Made by a program: the position numbers and the translations under genes
Source: Elusimicrobiota bacterium
Lineage (GTDB): Bacteria > Elusimicrobiota > Elusimicrobia > UBA1565 > JACRDR01
Assembly: GCA_041694815.1 (NCBI GenBank)
Contig: JBGFSC010000005.1
Location: forward strand, 22,973-86,972
Direction: 5' to 3'
Length of the DNA stretch: 64,000 nucleotides
The notes under the pieces: model-generated
The model's database searches: none
What the model was told of the DNA's origin: nothing
What the model saw: the letters and a program-made list of their open reading frames with translations, nothing else
Shown here: piece after piece, positions 17,901 to 28,324 of the stretch
How positions within the stretch are numbered: the stretch's first letter is position 1
Layout: each line of letters opens with the position of its first letter

Positions 17901-19817
17901 ATGAAACAGCTCCTCCTCCTGTTCCTCTGCGTCTCCTTCGCCTCCTCGGAGGCACCACCATTGATACCCCGCGAGCTGCTCTTCGGCAATCCGGTCAAGG
18001 CTTCGCCGAAGATATCGCCTGACGGCAAAAAGCTTGCCTATCTAGCGCCCGAGAAAGACATCCTGAATGTCTGGGTACGTAGCGTCGACCGAAGCGACGA
18101 TCAAGTGCTTACCGCCGATAAAAAGCGCGGTATCCGCCAATTCTTTTGGCAGCAAGATAGTCGACACATCCTCTACCTACAGGATCAGGATGGTGACGAG
18201 AACTGGCATCTATACCAAACGAATCTTGACACGAAGAATACGCGCGATCTGACTCCGTTCCAGGGCGTCATGGCGCGGATGGTCTTTGCCGATCCGGATT
18301 TCCCTGATGAGATCCTGGTCGGCCTCAATTTCGAGGACCGCAAGCTTCACGATATCTACCGCATCAATTTAAAAAACGGCGCCGTGGAGCTCGACACCAA
18401 GAATCCCGGCGACGTCGAAGGCTGGAGCGTTGACAACCGCCTGCAGGTGCGAGGGGCCTCGGCCAAAACGTCCGACGGCGGCACCGAACTACGCATCCGC
18501 GACGACGCGCGGTCTCCCTGGCGCATCTTCCAGAGATGGGATCCCCAAGAGAGCTTCGGCGGCATCGTCGCTTTCACGCCGAATGGGCGGGGGGCCTGGG
18601 TATCTTCGAGCGTCGGGGCGAATGCCGTACGCCTGCTCGAATACGACCTAACGACGGATCAGTCGAAGGTCCTGGCGGAAGACGCAACCTATGATGTGGA
18701 CCATGTCATGATCCACCCGACCAAGAGAACTCTGGAAGCCGTAAGTTTTAACCGGGCCAGATGCGAGTGGATGCCGCTCGATCCGTCGTTAAAACCTGAT
18801 TTTGAGGCGCTGGGGAAATTGCGCGATGGAGATTTCCATATCGTCAGCCGCGATCTAGCCGACAAGACATGGATCGTGTCATATGATGTCGATAATCGGC
18901 CAGTTTATTACTATGCCTATACCCGCGGGACACGCAAGGCGGCACTACTATTTAGCAATCAACCGGAACTCGAGAAGTATGCGCTTTCCAAGATGCTGCC
19001 GATATCATTCAAAGCGCGCGATGGCCTGACGATTCACGGTTACTTGACGCTTCCGGTCGGCTCAAAACGACAGGGGCTGCCCATGGTGCTCAACGTGCAT
19101 GGCGGCCCGTGGGACCGAGATATCTGGAAAATGAATCCAGGGGTGCAGTGGCTGGCCAACAGGGGCTATGCCGTTCTGCAGGTTAATTTTCGCGGTTCCA
19201 CCGGCTATGGGAAAAAGTTCCTGAACGCCGGCGATCGCGAATGGGCGGGCAAGATGCATGATGACCTCGTAGACGCCAAGCGTTGGGCAGTCCAGCAGGG
19301 CTACGCCGACCCCAAAAAAGTCTGCATCTACGGCGGCAGTTACGGCGGCTATGCCACGTTGGTCGGGCTGACGTTCACTCCCGAGGAGTTCGCCTGCGGT
19401 GTAGACATCGTCGGCCCCTCCAGCATCGCGACGCTCATCAAGTCCATTCCTCCTTACTGGGCGCCGATAAAGTCAATGTTCGATAAACGGATCGGCAAGC
19501 TGGAGACGGAGGAGGAATTCCTGAATTCGCGTTCGCCGTTGTTCAAGGTTGACCAAATCAAGGCGCCACTGCTCATCGCGCAAGGAGCCAATGACCCTCG
19601 AGTCAAGCAGTCGGAGAGCGATCAGATCGTCGCCGCGATGCGGCAGAAAAATATTCCGGTCGAGTATTTGGTGTTTCCGGACGAGGGCCATGGATTCGCC
19701 CGGCCCGAGAATCGCTTAAAATTTTACGCGGCCGCAGAAGCGTTTTTGACCAGGATTCTTGGCGGGCGGTCCCAACCGCCTTCAGAACGGCATCGCTGGG
19801 ATTCTCTGCGGCGCTAA
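17901..19817 (+). CDS. S9 family (prolyl oligopeptidase/acylaminoacyl) peptidase, exported
   Basis: Signal peptide, beta-propeller region, HGGPW, GGSYGG, NDPRV, DEGHGF. Confidence 0.93.
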   Translation: MKQLLLLFLCVSFASSEAPPLIPRELLFGNPVKASPKISPDGKKLAYLAPEKDILNVWVRSVDRSDDQVLTADKKRGIRQFFWQQDSRHILYLQDQDGDENWHLYQTNLDTKNTRDLTPFQGVMARMVFADPDFPDEILVGLNFEDRKLHDIYRINLKNGAVELDTKNPGDVEGWSVDNRLQVRGASAKTSDGGTELRIRDDARSPWRIFQRWDPQESFGGIVAFTPNGRGAWVSSSVGANAVRLLEYDLTTDQSKVLAEDATYDVDHVMIHPTKRTLEAVSFNRARCEWMPLDPSLKPDFEALGKLRDGDFHIVSRDLADKTWIVSYDVDNRPVYYYAYTRGTRKAALLFSNQPELEKYALSKMLPISFKARDGLTIHGYLTLPVGSKRQGLPMVLNVHGGPWDRDIWKMNPGVQWLANRGYAVLQVNFRGSTGYGKKFLNAGDREWAGKMHDDLVDAKRWAVQQGYADPKKVCIYGGSYGGYATLVGLTFTPEEFACGVDIVGPSSIATLIKSIPPYWAPIKSMFDKRIGKLETEEEFLNSRSPLFKVDQIKAPLLIAQGANDPRVKQSESDQIVAAMRQKNIPVEYLVFPDEGHGFARPENRLKFYAAAEAFLTRILGGRSQPPSERHRWDSLRR

Positions 19818-19823
19818 CCGATT

Positions 19824-21107
19824 TTACGGGAGCCTGGGCAGGCTATCGAGTTTCTTTCTCTGTTGCTCGACCGCCTGCCGGACCGCGGGATTGCGGTAGC
19901 GCGCCCATTCCTTCTCGGCCCTCGCCCGCGCGTCGCGTTCCATCTGAGTCGCCTGCCGCTCGTAAGCGTCCGCCTGCTCGAAATGGTTCTTATTCAGGAA
20001 ATACATGAGGGCGACGGTCCCTCCTGCCGATAACGCCGCTCCCACCAAGGCTCCCATGGGACCGCCCATCATGAAGCCAAGCGCAGCGCCGGCCGCTCCC
20101 GCCACGAGGGCCGCCAAAAGGATATTGTTCTGCGTCGCGTCCCTCAAGCTTTTGGCGTTGGCCATAAGGCCGTCGGCCTTTTCCTTCTCGATCTTCATCC
20201 ACTCCGGCGTCACGTCCACGCCGGGCTGCATGGTCGGCGGGAAAAGGTTCGGGGCGCCGGTTCCCTGCGGGTGAACCGTTTCGGACCCCAGGGCATCGGG
20301 CGGCGCGGACCCCGGCGGCAACGGCGAGAGGCGACCCCCTCCGACGGCCGCCTGCTCGAAGGCGTTGGCGGCGTACTGGCTGCCGGCCTCCCCCCCGACC
20401 CTGGCCCCGATCTGGGAGGCCTGTTTGGCGAAGGCTAATTGCCCGAAGGCGTTTTTGGAATGCACCGCGCGCGCGCTTCGCCCCCCCTGCGCGCGGACGG
20501 AATTGACGGCGCGGGAGGCCGAAAGCGAGCCTCCGCCTGGAACGTGACCGCCTTCGACCGTTCCCGCCGGCATTTTTTTCCCCACGGCCGGACTATCATA
20601 GTACATCGAGGTCCCCCCGGGATCCCCCCCTTCGATGCCCGACCGTTTTTCCCCATTTCCGGCCTCGCTGCCGCGCGCCGCGCCTTTCAAAGCCTCCTCA
20701 ATATCCTGCGTCGGCTCAGCAGCCCCTTCGCTTCCCACGCCGCCCTCTCCCGGCTTTTCGCGCGCCTCATCGAAGGAGAGTTTGCCCGCATTCGCCTGGG
20801 ACAGGGCTTTGAGGGAGCGGTCCTTAGGGCGTTTGATCCGTAAGCCGTCGAGGGTCGCGCCCAGGGACAAGCCCTTCCCGAAGCCGCCGTCGCGCCGCAG
20901 CATGAGCGAGGCGCCCAGCCCCGACGCCAGGCTCGCCCCGAACAGCAGGCATGCCCAAAGCGCCACCCGGGATTGCGGGCTGGCGAAAAGGCCTTGCCCT
21001 CGCACGCGTATCTTCCAGAAGGCTCCGGCGCCCTTTCTTTCCTTTTCTTGGTTTTTAGCCGCCAGCTCCTCGATTTCCACTCTCGGATCTATGTCGGACT
21101 CTTCCAT
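19824..21107 (-). CDS. Hypothetical membrane-anchored protein with C-terminal glycine zipper
   Basis: One N-terminal TM, low-complexity Gly/Pro middle, GAAGAALGFMMGGPMGALVGAALSAGG; TTGACG-17-TATCCT promoter ending 7 nt before ATG 21107. Confidence 0.7.
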   Translation of the reverse strand: MEESDIDPRVEIEELAAKNQEKERKGAGAFWKIRVRGQGLFASPQSRVALWACLLFGASLASGLGASLMLRRDGGFGKGLSLGATLDGLRIKRPKDRSLKALSQANAGKLSFDEAREKPGEGGVGSEGAAEPTQDIEEALKGAARGSEAGNGEKRSGIEGGDPGGTSMYYDSPAVGKKMPAGTVEGGHVPGGGSLSASRAVNSVRAQGGRSARAVHSKNAFGQLAFAKQASQIGARVGGEAGSQYAANAFEQAAVGGGRLSPLPPGSAPPDALGSETVHPQGTGAPNLFPPTMQPGVDVTPEWMKIEKEKADGLMANAKSLRDATQNNILLAALVAGAAGAALGFMMGGPMGALVGAALSAGGTVALMYFLNKNHFEQADAYERQATQMERDARARAEKEWARYRNPAVRQAVEQQRKKLDSLPRLP

Positions 21108-21164
21108 TATTTCCAGGATAATGCGGCTTACCGCTCCCGTCAAGGGCCGCATACCCCCTCGTCT

Positions 21165-21193
21165 TTGACAGCCCTGGGGGTTTATGTTAGCAT
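21165..21193 (+). promoter_or_regulatory. Sigma70 promoter (leaderless) for 21200 ORF
   Basis: TTGACA 21165-21170, 17 nt spacer, TGnTAGCAT ending 21193, ATG at 21200. Confidence 0.7.
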
Positions 21194-21199
21194 GCGCCC

Positions 21200-21523
21200 A
21201 TGACAACCTTGGCCTCGGTCTGCCTCGTCTTGATCACGCTGGCGCTCTGGATCGGCCTGATCATCCTGATCGTGGCGGGGCTACAATTGAGGCGGACGGC
21301 CCAAGCCGTCGAAGCGCGGGTTTACGAGATCGGAGACCATCTCCATGGCCTGCGGCGCGCCGCCTCGGCCGCCTCTCAGCTGAGCTCGCTAATGCGCTCC
21401 CGTTGGATACGCGGGCTGGGCCTGGCGCTGGGCGCTGCCACCACTTTTTATTCCACCCGCTCGCGCTGGCGCAAGGCGCGCGAGGAAGACCCTCCCCCCG
21501 GCGGGCAAAACGGCGGCAGCTAG
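21200..21523 (+). CDS. Small membrane protein (DUF948/YoxC-like)
   Basis: N-terminal TM then amphipathic coiled coil; promoter directly upstream. Confidence 0.65.
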   Translation: MTTLASVCLVLITLALWIGLIILIVAGLQLRRTAQAVEARVYEIGDHLHGLRRAASAASQLSSLMRSRWIRGLGLALGAATTFYSTRSRWRKAREEDPPPGGQNGGS

Positions 21524-21951
21524 GCGATTCTGACGTAGGGCTGCAAAAGGCCGCGGATCTCTTCGGGAATCTTGGCCGGGCGCCATTGTTCGTTGACGAC
21601 GGCATGCCGCGTGTGGCCGCGCGCCACGAGGAGGTCGCCGCTGTCTTGGTCGAAGATCTCGTGCTCGAAGCTGATGCTCGCCTGGCCCAGGGACGCCAGC
21701 CAGGTCCGCACGATCAGTAGATCATCGTAGCGGCTCGGCGCCAGGTACCGGCAGCGCGCCTCGACGGCGGGAAGATAAAGCTTCTTGTCGGCCTCCAAGT
21801 CGCGGTAGCGCACGCCCAAGGAGCGCAGAAGCTCGGTCCTTCCGGTCTCGAAATACTTGAAATAGTTGGCGTAGTAGCTCACTCCCATCTTGTCGGTGTC
21901 GGCGAACGCCACGCGGACGGCGAACTCGTGGGTACGGTTGGCGGCGGTCAC
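21520..21951 (-). CDS. Acyl-CoA thioesterase (YbgC/4HBT hot-dog family)
   Basis: RVAFADTDKMGVSYYANY..FETGR. Confidence 0.9.
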   Translation of the reverse strand: MTAANRTHEFAVRVAFADTDKMGVSYYANYFKYFETGRTELLRSLGVRYRDLEADKKLYLPAVEARCRYLAPSRYDDLLIVRTWLASLGQASISFEHEIFDQDSGDLLVARGHTRHAVVNEQWRPAKIPEEIRGLLQPYVRIA

Positions 21952-21953
21952 GC

Positions 21954-22325
21954 CTATCCCTTGGCGAGGGCGACCTTGATGCGGTTGCGCAGGTCCTCGA
22001 CGCCGCAGGGCTTCTTCAGGAAGGAGTCGACGTTCGGCTCCTGCTCGAACATCTGCTTGGTCGAGGGGTCGAAATGGGTCGCCGTGAGTATGACGACGGG
22101 GATTTTACGGGTCTCCGTGTCCGCCTGAAGCATCCGCAACATCTCGACCCCCGTCACCTTCGGCATCATCACGTCCAAGAGGATCACGTCGGGCTTGGAC
22201 TCCCGGGCCATCTTGATGCCTTCCTCGCCGTCGGCAGCCTTGAGCACCTCGTACTGCTCGCTGAAAACCATCTCGACGAGCTCGGTGAAGGCGGAATTGT
22301 CGTCTACGACCAGGATTTTCTGCAC
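21954..22325 (-). CDS. Single-domain response regulator
   Basis: ILVVDD, LLDVMMP, ILTA, KP. Confidence 0.9.
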   Translation of the reverse strand: MQKILVVDDNSAFTELVEMVFSEQYEVLKAADGEEGIKMARESKPDVILLDVMMPKVTGVEMLRMLQADTETRKIPVVILTATHFDPSTKQMFEQEPNVDSFLKKPCGVEDLRNRIKVALAKG

Positions 22326-22337
22326 GCGCTAATACTA

Positions 22338-23489
22338 CTACCTTTGCTCGCCCCTGACAAGTTCCGCCTCGCCGTGGGAGGCCGCGCGGTAGACCCGGCC
22401 GCGCCAGGCAAGCCTCCTCCTGAACCCGGAGACCCAAAGCAGCATCATGCCGATATCGGAGAGGCCCAGCAGGAGATATCCGGGCCAAGGCATCGGGTTT
22501 CGGTAAACCCAGCGGTCCTGCGCCCACCCGATCGCCGTCCTCCACAACGGAAGAACGGCCAAGAAAGCGATTCCCAACGCTGATGGGCCGCCCGCCGCCA
22601 AGGCCATGCCGGCGATAAACCCCGGCACCGCCAAGGGGAAGAGCAGGTAAAGCCAGGGCAGGGTCCACCACCCCATGACGTACCATTTGCTCAGATGGGA
22701 GAAGGCCTCGACGAGCGTCTTGCCTTCCTCGTCGACGGCCACCCAAGAGCGCAGCAGCACGGGCCGGCGGCCCGCGGCGACCACCCGGGAGCCGAGCGAA
22801 TAGTCGTCGGCGATCTTGCGGGCGAGCGGTTCAAGGCCTCCGATATCCTCGAGGGCGGCTCGGGAATATCCCATCCAGGCCCCAGCGAAGCAGCGGAAAA
22901 AGCCAAGCCGGTAGGAAAGGGCCGCCGCCGGGGTGAAAAAATGGTTGAAGGCGATCTGATACCAGAGCGCCGCCGCCCCCCTCGAAGGGAGATGGTACGG
23001 CGCGGCGAATACGGCTTCGGCCCCGGAGGCGAAGGCGGCCGAGGTCTCCTCTAGCACCTCGCGCGTGGTGAACACGTCGGCATCCGAGAACACGACATGG
23101 GCGTGTTTGGCACTCTTGAGGGCCTCGATCATGTTGTGCATCTTGCCGGTCCTTCGCCCACTGGGCCCGGTCTCGACCAGGAGTACGTCGTGCTCGGGAA
23201 ACTCGCGGACCATGGCGTAGGCGGCCGGGTGGGCCGGGTCCTCGGCCGACTCCATGGCGAATATGAATTGGAGGCGGCGTTCGCCATCGGCCGAAAGCAG
23301 GGCGCGGAAATTGTCCAACATCCCGGCGTCGGCGCCGCGCAGCGGCTTGATGACGGTAAAGGGCGTCTGGAGGGGCTTGCGCGGACCTGAGTCAAGCCTG
23401 AAGTGCCGCCGGCTGGCGAAGAAGGCCGCCGCCTGCAAGACCGCTAAAAGCCCGGCGTAAGCCCATAAGCAGCCGGCGAGCAGGCTCAT
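22338..23489 (-). CDS. Glycosyltransferase family 21 (ceramide glucosyltransferase/HpnI-like)
   Basis: KPLRG, GKMHN, FSDAD, IADDY, LSKW, WRGRVY. Confidence 0.8.
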   Translation of the reverse strand: MSLLAGCLWAYAGLLAVLQAAAFFASRRHFRLDSGPRKPLQTPFTVIKPLRGADAGMLDNFRALLSADGERRLQFIFAMESAEDPAHPAAYAMVREFPEHDVLLVETGPSGRRTGKMHNMIEALKSAKHAHVVFSDADVFTTREVLEETSAAFASGAEAVFAAPYHLPSRGAAALWYQIAFNHFFTPAAALSYRLGFFRCFAGAWMGYSRAALEDIGGLEPLARKIADDYSLGSRVVAAGRRPVLLRSWVAVDEEGKTLVEAFSHLSKWYVMGWWTLPWLYLLFPLAVPGFIAGMALAAGGPSALGIAFLAVLPLWRTAIGWAQDRWVYRNPMPWPGYLLLGLSDIGMMLLWVSGFRRRLAWRGRVYRAASHGEAELVRGEQR

Positions 23490-24238
23490 CGCTTGAGCAG
23501 TTGGGAGGCGAACACGAATTCGAAGCCCTCGGCCTGGAGCTTGGGTACCATTTCCATCAGGCCCTCGTAGGTTCCATGGAAATAGTGGTGGCCGATGGCG
23601 ATCGCCTGGCCGTTGCGCCTGGCCCGCGCGGCGCAGGCCCGCAGCATCCTCATGCAGAATTCCTTATCGTGGCGCTTGGCTTCGTCAAGGAACTGATGGT
23701 TCGCCAGGGCGGGCAGGCCCGAGTCCCTCGCCTCATCGAAGGCGACGGAGCGGGGAGAAACGACGCTGTCGAGGAAATAGAAACCCTCGGCCTTGCGCCC
23801 GAGCAAGCGCATGAAGGCGCGCATCAGGGGCCTGTTTTGCGTCGCCCGATAGGAACGGTGGTTGTTGAGGCCCACCGCGCCACGGATGTCGGCGAGGGAA
23901 CGGGTCAAAAGGGCCTCGACCTTGGCTAAATCGGAAGCCGATGCCTGCTCCGCCGGGAGCTCGAGCGACAGGAACGGATCGAACGGGAAATGGATGATAA
24001 GTTCCTTACCCGCCCTAAGCGTCGCCGCCGCCGCCTCCCGAGTCTTGGGGGAACTGGGCATCACGGCAAAGGTCATCGGCCAAGGCATTTTCATCCAGGC
24101 CTCGTCCGGCACGTTTTTCGGGTAAGTGAGCCCAAAATCATCGATGACGATCGCGATCCGTGGCTTGGCCCCGGCCGCCGCCGTAGCCGAGGCAAGCGCG
24201 GCGAGGCAAGCGGCGGCCCAAACGCTATTTCTCTTCAT
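23486..24238 (-). CDS. Divergent polysaccharide deacetylase (YibQ-like)
   Basis: IAIVIDDFG, H.P, GLNNH, FLDS, FLD, AIAIGH. Confidence 0.88.
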   Translation of the reverse strand: MKRNSVWAAACLAALASATAAAGAKPRIAIVIDDFGLTYPKNVPDEAWMKMPWPMTFAVMPSSPKTREAAAATLRAGKELIIHFPFDPFLSLELPAEQASASDLAKVEALLTRSLADIRGAVGLNNHRSYRATQNRPLMRAFMRLLGRKAEGFYFLDSVVSPRSVAFDEARDSGLPALANHQFLDEAKRHDKEFCMRMLRACAARARRNGQAIAIGHHYFHGTYEGLMEMVPKLQAEGFEFVFASQLLKR

Positions 24239-25940
24239 AATGCTCCAGATGCCTCCTTCCCAAGAGCCAAGGCCCCAGGAAAGCCGCCGCGTTCAGTAGC
24301 AGCAACCCCAAGGCGCAAAGTCCCAGCGCGGCCGCGTCCCATCCGCGGCTGATTCCGAAACGCTGCTGAAAATGCATTTGCACCGGCAGTACCTCCAAGG
24401 CGATCGTCAAGGCGATATAGCCTATCGCCGCGGCCATGTAGACGAAACCGCCCGCCGAGGATTCGATCTGATGGATGTTGGTGGTATTAAATCTCGGGAA
24501 AAGCGCCCCGAATCCGACGCCCATCCCGCACAGCGTCGCTGTCATGACGAAGACGGTGCCGGCCGACAGCCAGGAGATGAATGGGTCGGCGCGAAGCAGC
24601 CGGTTCGAAACGACGATCAGGGTCATGGACAACAGGACCATAGGGATCCAATGGAAGAGGAATTTACCGGCCATCAACGCGCCCAGGCCTTGTGGGGAGC
24701 AGCGCGTGACCCAGAAGGCGCGCCCTTCCATGCTGATGGCGGGGAATGTGAAGCGGAGGCCGAGGCTGGAGATCACGAACCCGGCTACCGCGATGTTCAG
24801 GAAGGCGACGAGGTTTTTTAAGTCCGGGGTATCCAACGGGAGGTTCCGGACGCTGAACAGGTAGACGGCCATAAGGGCCAAAACCAGTGCCATCTGCGAC
24901 CAATGCCGGACATCCCTGAAAAAGGTCCGCCGGTCCTTCCAGAAAGAGGCGGCGAAACGCAGCGCTTGTTGGCCGTCGATGAGGCCCCAGGAGCTCAGGC
25001 GCGCGGCCAACCGGGATTCTGGCGTCGGCAGCACCTCCTGCGACCGGCCCGACCGTGCCGACTCCTGGGCGCCGCTGTAGGCTTCGCCATAAGTTTTTCC
25101 CGCGATCCATAAAAGGCCGGCGTATACGGTGGCCGCCGACCCAGTCAAGAGGGCCGACTGCCCCCAAAAGATCGCCGCGCCCGAGGGCCGAACGCCGTCG
25201 AACGATTGGAGGGCCAGGGCCAACCACCAGGAGGGGAGGGCCGGTGCCGTCGGCGCCTGCAGGTAGCGGAGGTAATCGGCGACCCGCTGCAATATGTCGG
25301 GGCGAGCCAGGCGCTCGGGCTCGCTCAAGCGGAGCAGGACGTAGACGCCAGCCAAGGAAAGGCTCGACAGAAGCCAGAGCGCGTCGCGGGTCCTCGAGGA
25401 CGGGAACAGCCTCATTAAGGCGAGCGTGAAGCCCATGCCGATGGAAGCCGCCAGAAGCGCGAACGGGATCCAGAGCCACCCGAAGGCCGCGTAGAAGGTC
25501 CACGGCAGCCCCCTCACCTCGCCGAGCGCGAACAGAAAGGGCAGCAAGACGAGCAGCAGCATCCAAGACGAGAAAAAGGCGCTCTCCAGGGACTTTTCGG
25601 CGAAAACGACCGGTTCGGGCAACGGTGCCTTCATCAGGAACGGCAGGTCGAAAGAATAGAAAAGCGTGGTAAGAGATATGAGCACGCTCGAGAGCGCCAC
25701 CATCGAGAAGGTCGACAGGAGGGCCACGGCGGTCAATTTCCATATGAGCAGCGGCCCGATGAGGGGAACGCCGTCTAAGAAGCGCAGCAGGCGCAGGAAG
25801 CCGTGGTGTAGACCCATCAGCATGAAAAATCCGGCCGCCGCGAAGGCGGCGTTGCGCGCCCATTCCCACGGCGTCAGCTCGCGCAGGGAGTTGAACCCGC
25901 AACGCGCCTTGCGCTCCAAGAGCACGGCCAATAGCCGCAT
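24225..25940 (-). CDS. Putative ABC exporter permease
   Basis: About 12 TM segments, KD..TFFRD, RFTFPAISMEG; adjacent ATPase. Confidence 0.82.
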   Translation of the reverse strand: MRLLAVLLERKARCGFNSLRELTPWEWARNAAFAAAGFFMLMGLHHGFLRLLRFLDGVPLIGPLLIWKLTAVALLSTFSMVALSSVLISLTTLFYSFDLPFLMKAPLPEPVVFAEKSLESAFFSSWMLLLVLLPFLFALGEVRGLPWTFYAAFGWLWIPFALLAASIGMGFTLALMRLFPSSRTRDALWLLSSLSLAGVYVLLRLSEPERLARPDILQRVADYLRYLQAPTAPALPSWWLALALQSFDGVRPSGAAIFWGQSALLTGSAATVYAGLLWIAGKTYGEAYSGAQESARSGRSQEVLPTPESRLAARLSSWGLIDGQQALRFAASFWKDRRTFFRDVRHWSQMALVLALMAVYLFSVRNLPLDTPDLKNLVAFLNIAVAGFVISSLGLRFTFPAISMEGRAFWVTRCSPQGLGALMAGKFLFHWIPMVLLSMTLIVVSNRLLRADPFISWLSAGTVFVMTATLCGMGVGFGALFPRFNTTNIHQIESSAGGFVYMAAAIGYIALTIALEVLPVQMHFQQRFGISRGWDAAALGLCALGLLLLNAAAFLGPWLLGRRHLEHYEEK

Positions 25941-25944
25941 GGCC

Positions 25945-26691
25945 TCAGAGGTACTTCAGCAGGCCGGAATACTGCTGCCCGCCGGTCAAGGACAGGAAGA
26001 TGTCCTCCAAGCGCTCGCCTTCGCGCCCGAAGCGGAGGGCTTCAAGCGTGTCGAGGGCCACCAGCCTACCGGAGATCATGATGCCGACGCGGTCGCAAAG
26101 CCGCTCGGCGATTTCCAGGACGTGCGTGCACATGAATAAGGTGCGGCCTCGGCGCGAGAGCTCCTTAAAAATGTCCTTGACCAGCCGAGCGCTCTTGGGG
26201 TCGAGGCCGACCAAAGGTTCGTCGAGGATGAGCACCTCCGGTTCGTGGAGCAGGTTGGCCGCCAAGACTAGCTTCTGCCGCATCCCGTGCGAGTAGCTTT
26301 CCGCGAGCTCGCCCCCCCATGGGCGCAGCTCGAACATTTCGAGCAGCTCCGGGATACGACGCGCCTGGGTCTGCAAGGGGACGCCGTAAAGGTCCCCCAC
26401 GAAGCGCATGAATTCGACGCCGGTCAGTTTAGGGTAGACGAAAGGCTCGTCGGGGACCAGCCCCATCCTTTTTTTGGCTTCGAGGGTCCGGGCATGCACG
26501 TCGAGCCCCGCGACCTGGACCGAGCCGGCGCTGGGGCGCAGCAGGCCAGCGATCATCTTGACCGTCGTGGTCTTGCCGGCGCCGTTGGGGCCGAGAAACC
26601 CGAAAATCTCGCCGCGGGGGATATCCAGGTTCAGCGAGTCGACGGCAACGAAGCTCCCGAAGCGCTTGGTAAGCCCCGCGACCTTGATCAA
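25945..26691 (-). CDS. ABC transporter ATP-binding protein
   Basis: GPNGAGKT, SHGMRQK, LDEPLVGLD. Confidence 0.93.
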   Translation of the reverse strand: MIKVAGLTKRFGSFVAVDSLNLDIPRGEIFGFLGPNGAGKTTTVKMIAGLLRPSAGSVQVAGLDVHARTLEAKKRMGLVPDEPFVYPKLTGVEFMRFVGDLYGVPLQTQARRIPELLEMFELRPWGGELAESYSHGMRQKLVLAANLLHEPEVLILDEPLVGLDPKSARLVKDIFKELSRRGRTLFMCTHVLEIAERLCDRVGIMISGRLVALDTLEALRFGREGERLEDIFLSLTGGQQYSGLLKYL

Positions 26692-27617
26692 GCGGCCACG
26701 AGGCCGGGTTCTTCGACGGCCAAGAGCTCGATGAACTGGCGGTAGCGCGACTCGACCGCCTCCAAGGTCAAATCCTCGAGAACCCTCGTGCTGAAGCCCT
26801 CGACGTTGAAGGACGCGACCACGCTGCCCAGCAGCGTGGCCCGCTTGATGTGGCGGATTTGGCGGAAATCGTCGGCCGAGGCCAGGGCTCCCAGGAACCC
26901 CCCGGCGAAGGAGTCTCCGGCACCGGTCGGGTCCAGGACAGAGTCGATCGGGAACGCGGGGAAGGCGTAGAGGTGCTCCTGCACGACGACGATGGCCCCG
27001 TGCTCCCCTTTCTTAACGACCACCACGGAGGGGCCCCATTCGGCGAGCCTTCGGGCCGCGCGGCAATTATTGGATTCCCCCGAGAGCTTGCGCGCCTCCT
27101 CCTCATTGACGAAAAAAACGTCGATCTTGGGCAAGAGCTCCTTGAGGGCCGGCTTCTTCTGCGCGATCCAATAATTCATCGTATCGCAGGCCACAAGGCG
27201 GGGCCCCTGCATTTGCGCCAGGACCTCCCACTGCAGCTCCGGATCGATGTTGGCCAGAAACACAACCGGCGCCGCCTTCTGCTGCCCGTTGAGCGACGGC
27301 TTGAAGCGCTCGAAGACGTTGAGGTGGGTCTCCAAGGTCTTGGCCGAGTTGAGGTCCTTGCCGTACTTTCCCGACCAACGGAAGGTCTTGCCGTCGACGG
27401 CCTTGAGCCCCTCGAGATCGATCGCCTTGGACTCCAGCATTTTGCGGTGCGCCGCGGGGAAATCGGTGCCCACCACCCCCAGGAGCTGCACCCGCGAGAA
27501 GAGCCGCGCCGCAAGGGAAAAATAGACGGCCGAGCCGCCCAAGGCCTCGCGGCTTTCCCCGGCGGGGGTCTTGACCGAATCCAACGCCACCGAGCCCACG
27601 ACCAGTATAGACTCCAT
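26688..27617 (-). CDS. PfkB-family carbohydrate kinase
   Basis: VGSVALD, LGGSA, DPTGAGDSFAGG. Confidence 0.92.
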   Translation of the reverse strand: MESILVVGSVALDSVKTPAGESREALGGSAVYFSLAARLFSRVQLLGVVGTDFPAAHRKMLESKAIDLEGLKAVDGKTFRWSGKYGKDLNSAKTLETHLNVFERFKPSLNGQQKAAPVVFLANIDPELQWEVLAQMQGPRLVACDTMNYWIAQKKPALKELLPKIDVFFVNEEEARKLSGESNNCRAARRLAEWGPSVVVVKKGEHGAIVVVQEHLYAFPAFPIDSVLDPTGAGDSFAGGFLGALASADDFRQIRHIKRATLLGSVVASFNVEGFSTRVLEDLTLEAVESRYRQFIELLAVEEPGLVAA

Positions 27618-27619
27618 GA

Positions 27620-28324
27620 TCACGCTCCCTTAAGCCTTTCTTCGAGATAGCTGCGGATATCCATTTGGGCGCTGGCCTGGCGCAAGTAAAAATTAATCAG
27701 GTCCAGGGCGCGGTTCTGCTGCAGGACTTGGACGAACTCGTCCTTCTTTTTTTCGAAATCCTTCGTCGAGCCCTTATTGGCCCTCTTATATTCCTCCAGG
27801 ACCTCTCCGGGCAAGAGTTTCGCGCTTTGGAAGATCATCTGCTTGAGCTTGAACACGGCGAGGGCTTGGCGCTGTTGGCGTTCGTACTCCTCCGGGCTGG
27901 TCTTGAGCGAATAGCGGACGATTTGGAAATACAACCCCTGGTCGAAGGCGCCGTTGCGCTGGAAGCTGGGCGTATTGCGGATGCTCATGGCCAGTTCGCC
28001 GTCGGTGACCCGAATGCCCAATTTTTTCGCCTCCAGGTAGAGGATCTCGTCGACGATCATGTCGCGCAGCATCCCCTGGCGCACCTCCGCGACGAGAGAG
28101 TCATTGACCTCGACATTGCGCTCCCGCAGGGCGTCGAGATACTGGTCCACCCGGGCCTGGTACTGCAAAAACGGGATCTTCTTGCCGCCGACCGCCGCCA
28201 CCGCCTCCGCCGTCGACGCGCCCGAGAAAAAGTAGCCGCCCAAGCCCACGAAGGTCCCGAGCAGGAAGACGGCGATCGTCCCGACGAAAAAAGGGCGCCG
28301 GTGCCGGCGCAGGTATGAAATCAT
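27620..28324 (-). CDS. SurA N-terminal domain (PpiD-like) chaperone
   Basis: N-terminal TM, VAAVGG.KI, LYLEAKKLGIRVTDGEL, FQRNGAFD; start trimmed to MISYLR. Confidence 0.8.
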   Translation of the reverse strand: MISYLRRHRRPFFVGTIAVFLLGTFVGLGGYFFSGASTAEAVAAVGGKKIPFLQYQARVDQYLDALRERNVEVNDSLVAEVRQGMLRDMIVDEILYLEAKKLGIRVTDGELAMSIRNTPSFQRNGAFDQGLYFQIVRYSLKTSPEEYERQQRQALAVFKLKQMIFQSAKLLPGEVLEEYKRANKGSTKDFEKKKDEFVQVLQQNRALDLINFYLRQASAQMDIRSYLEERLKGA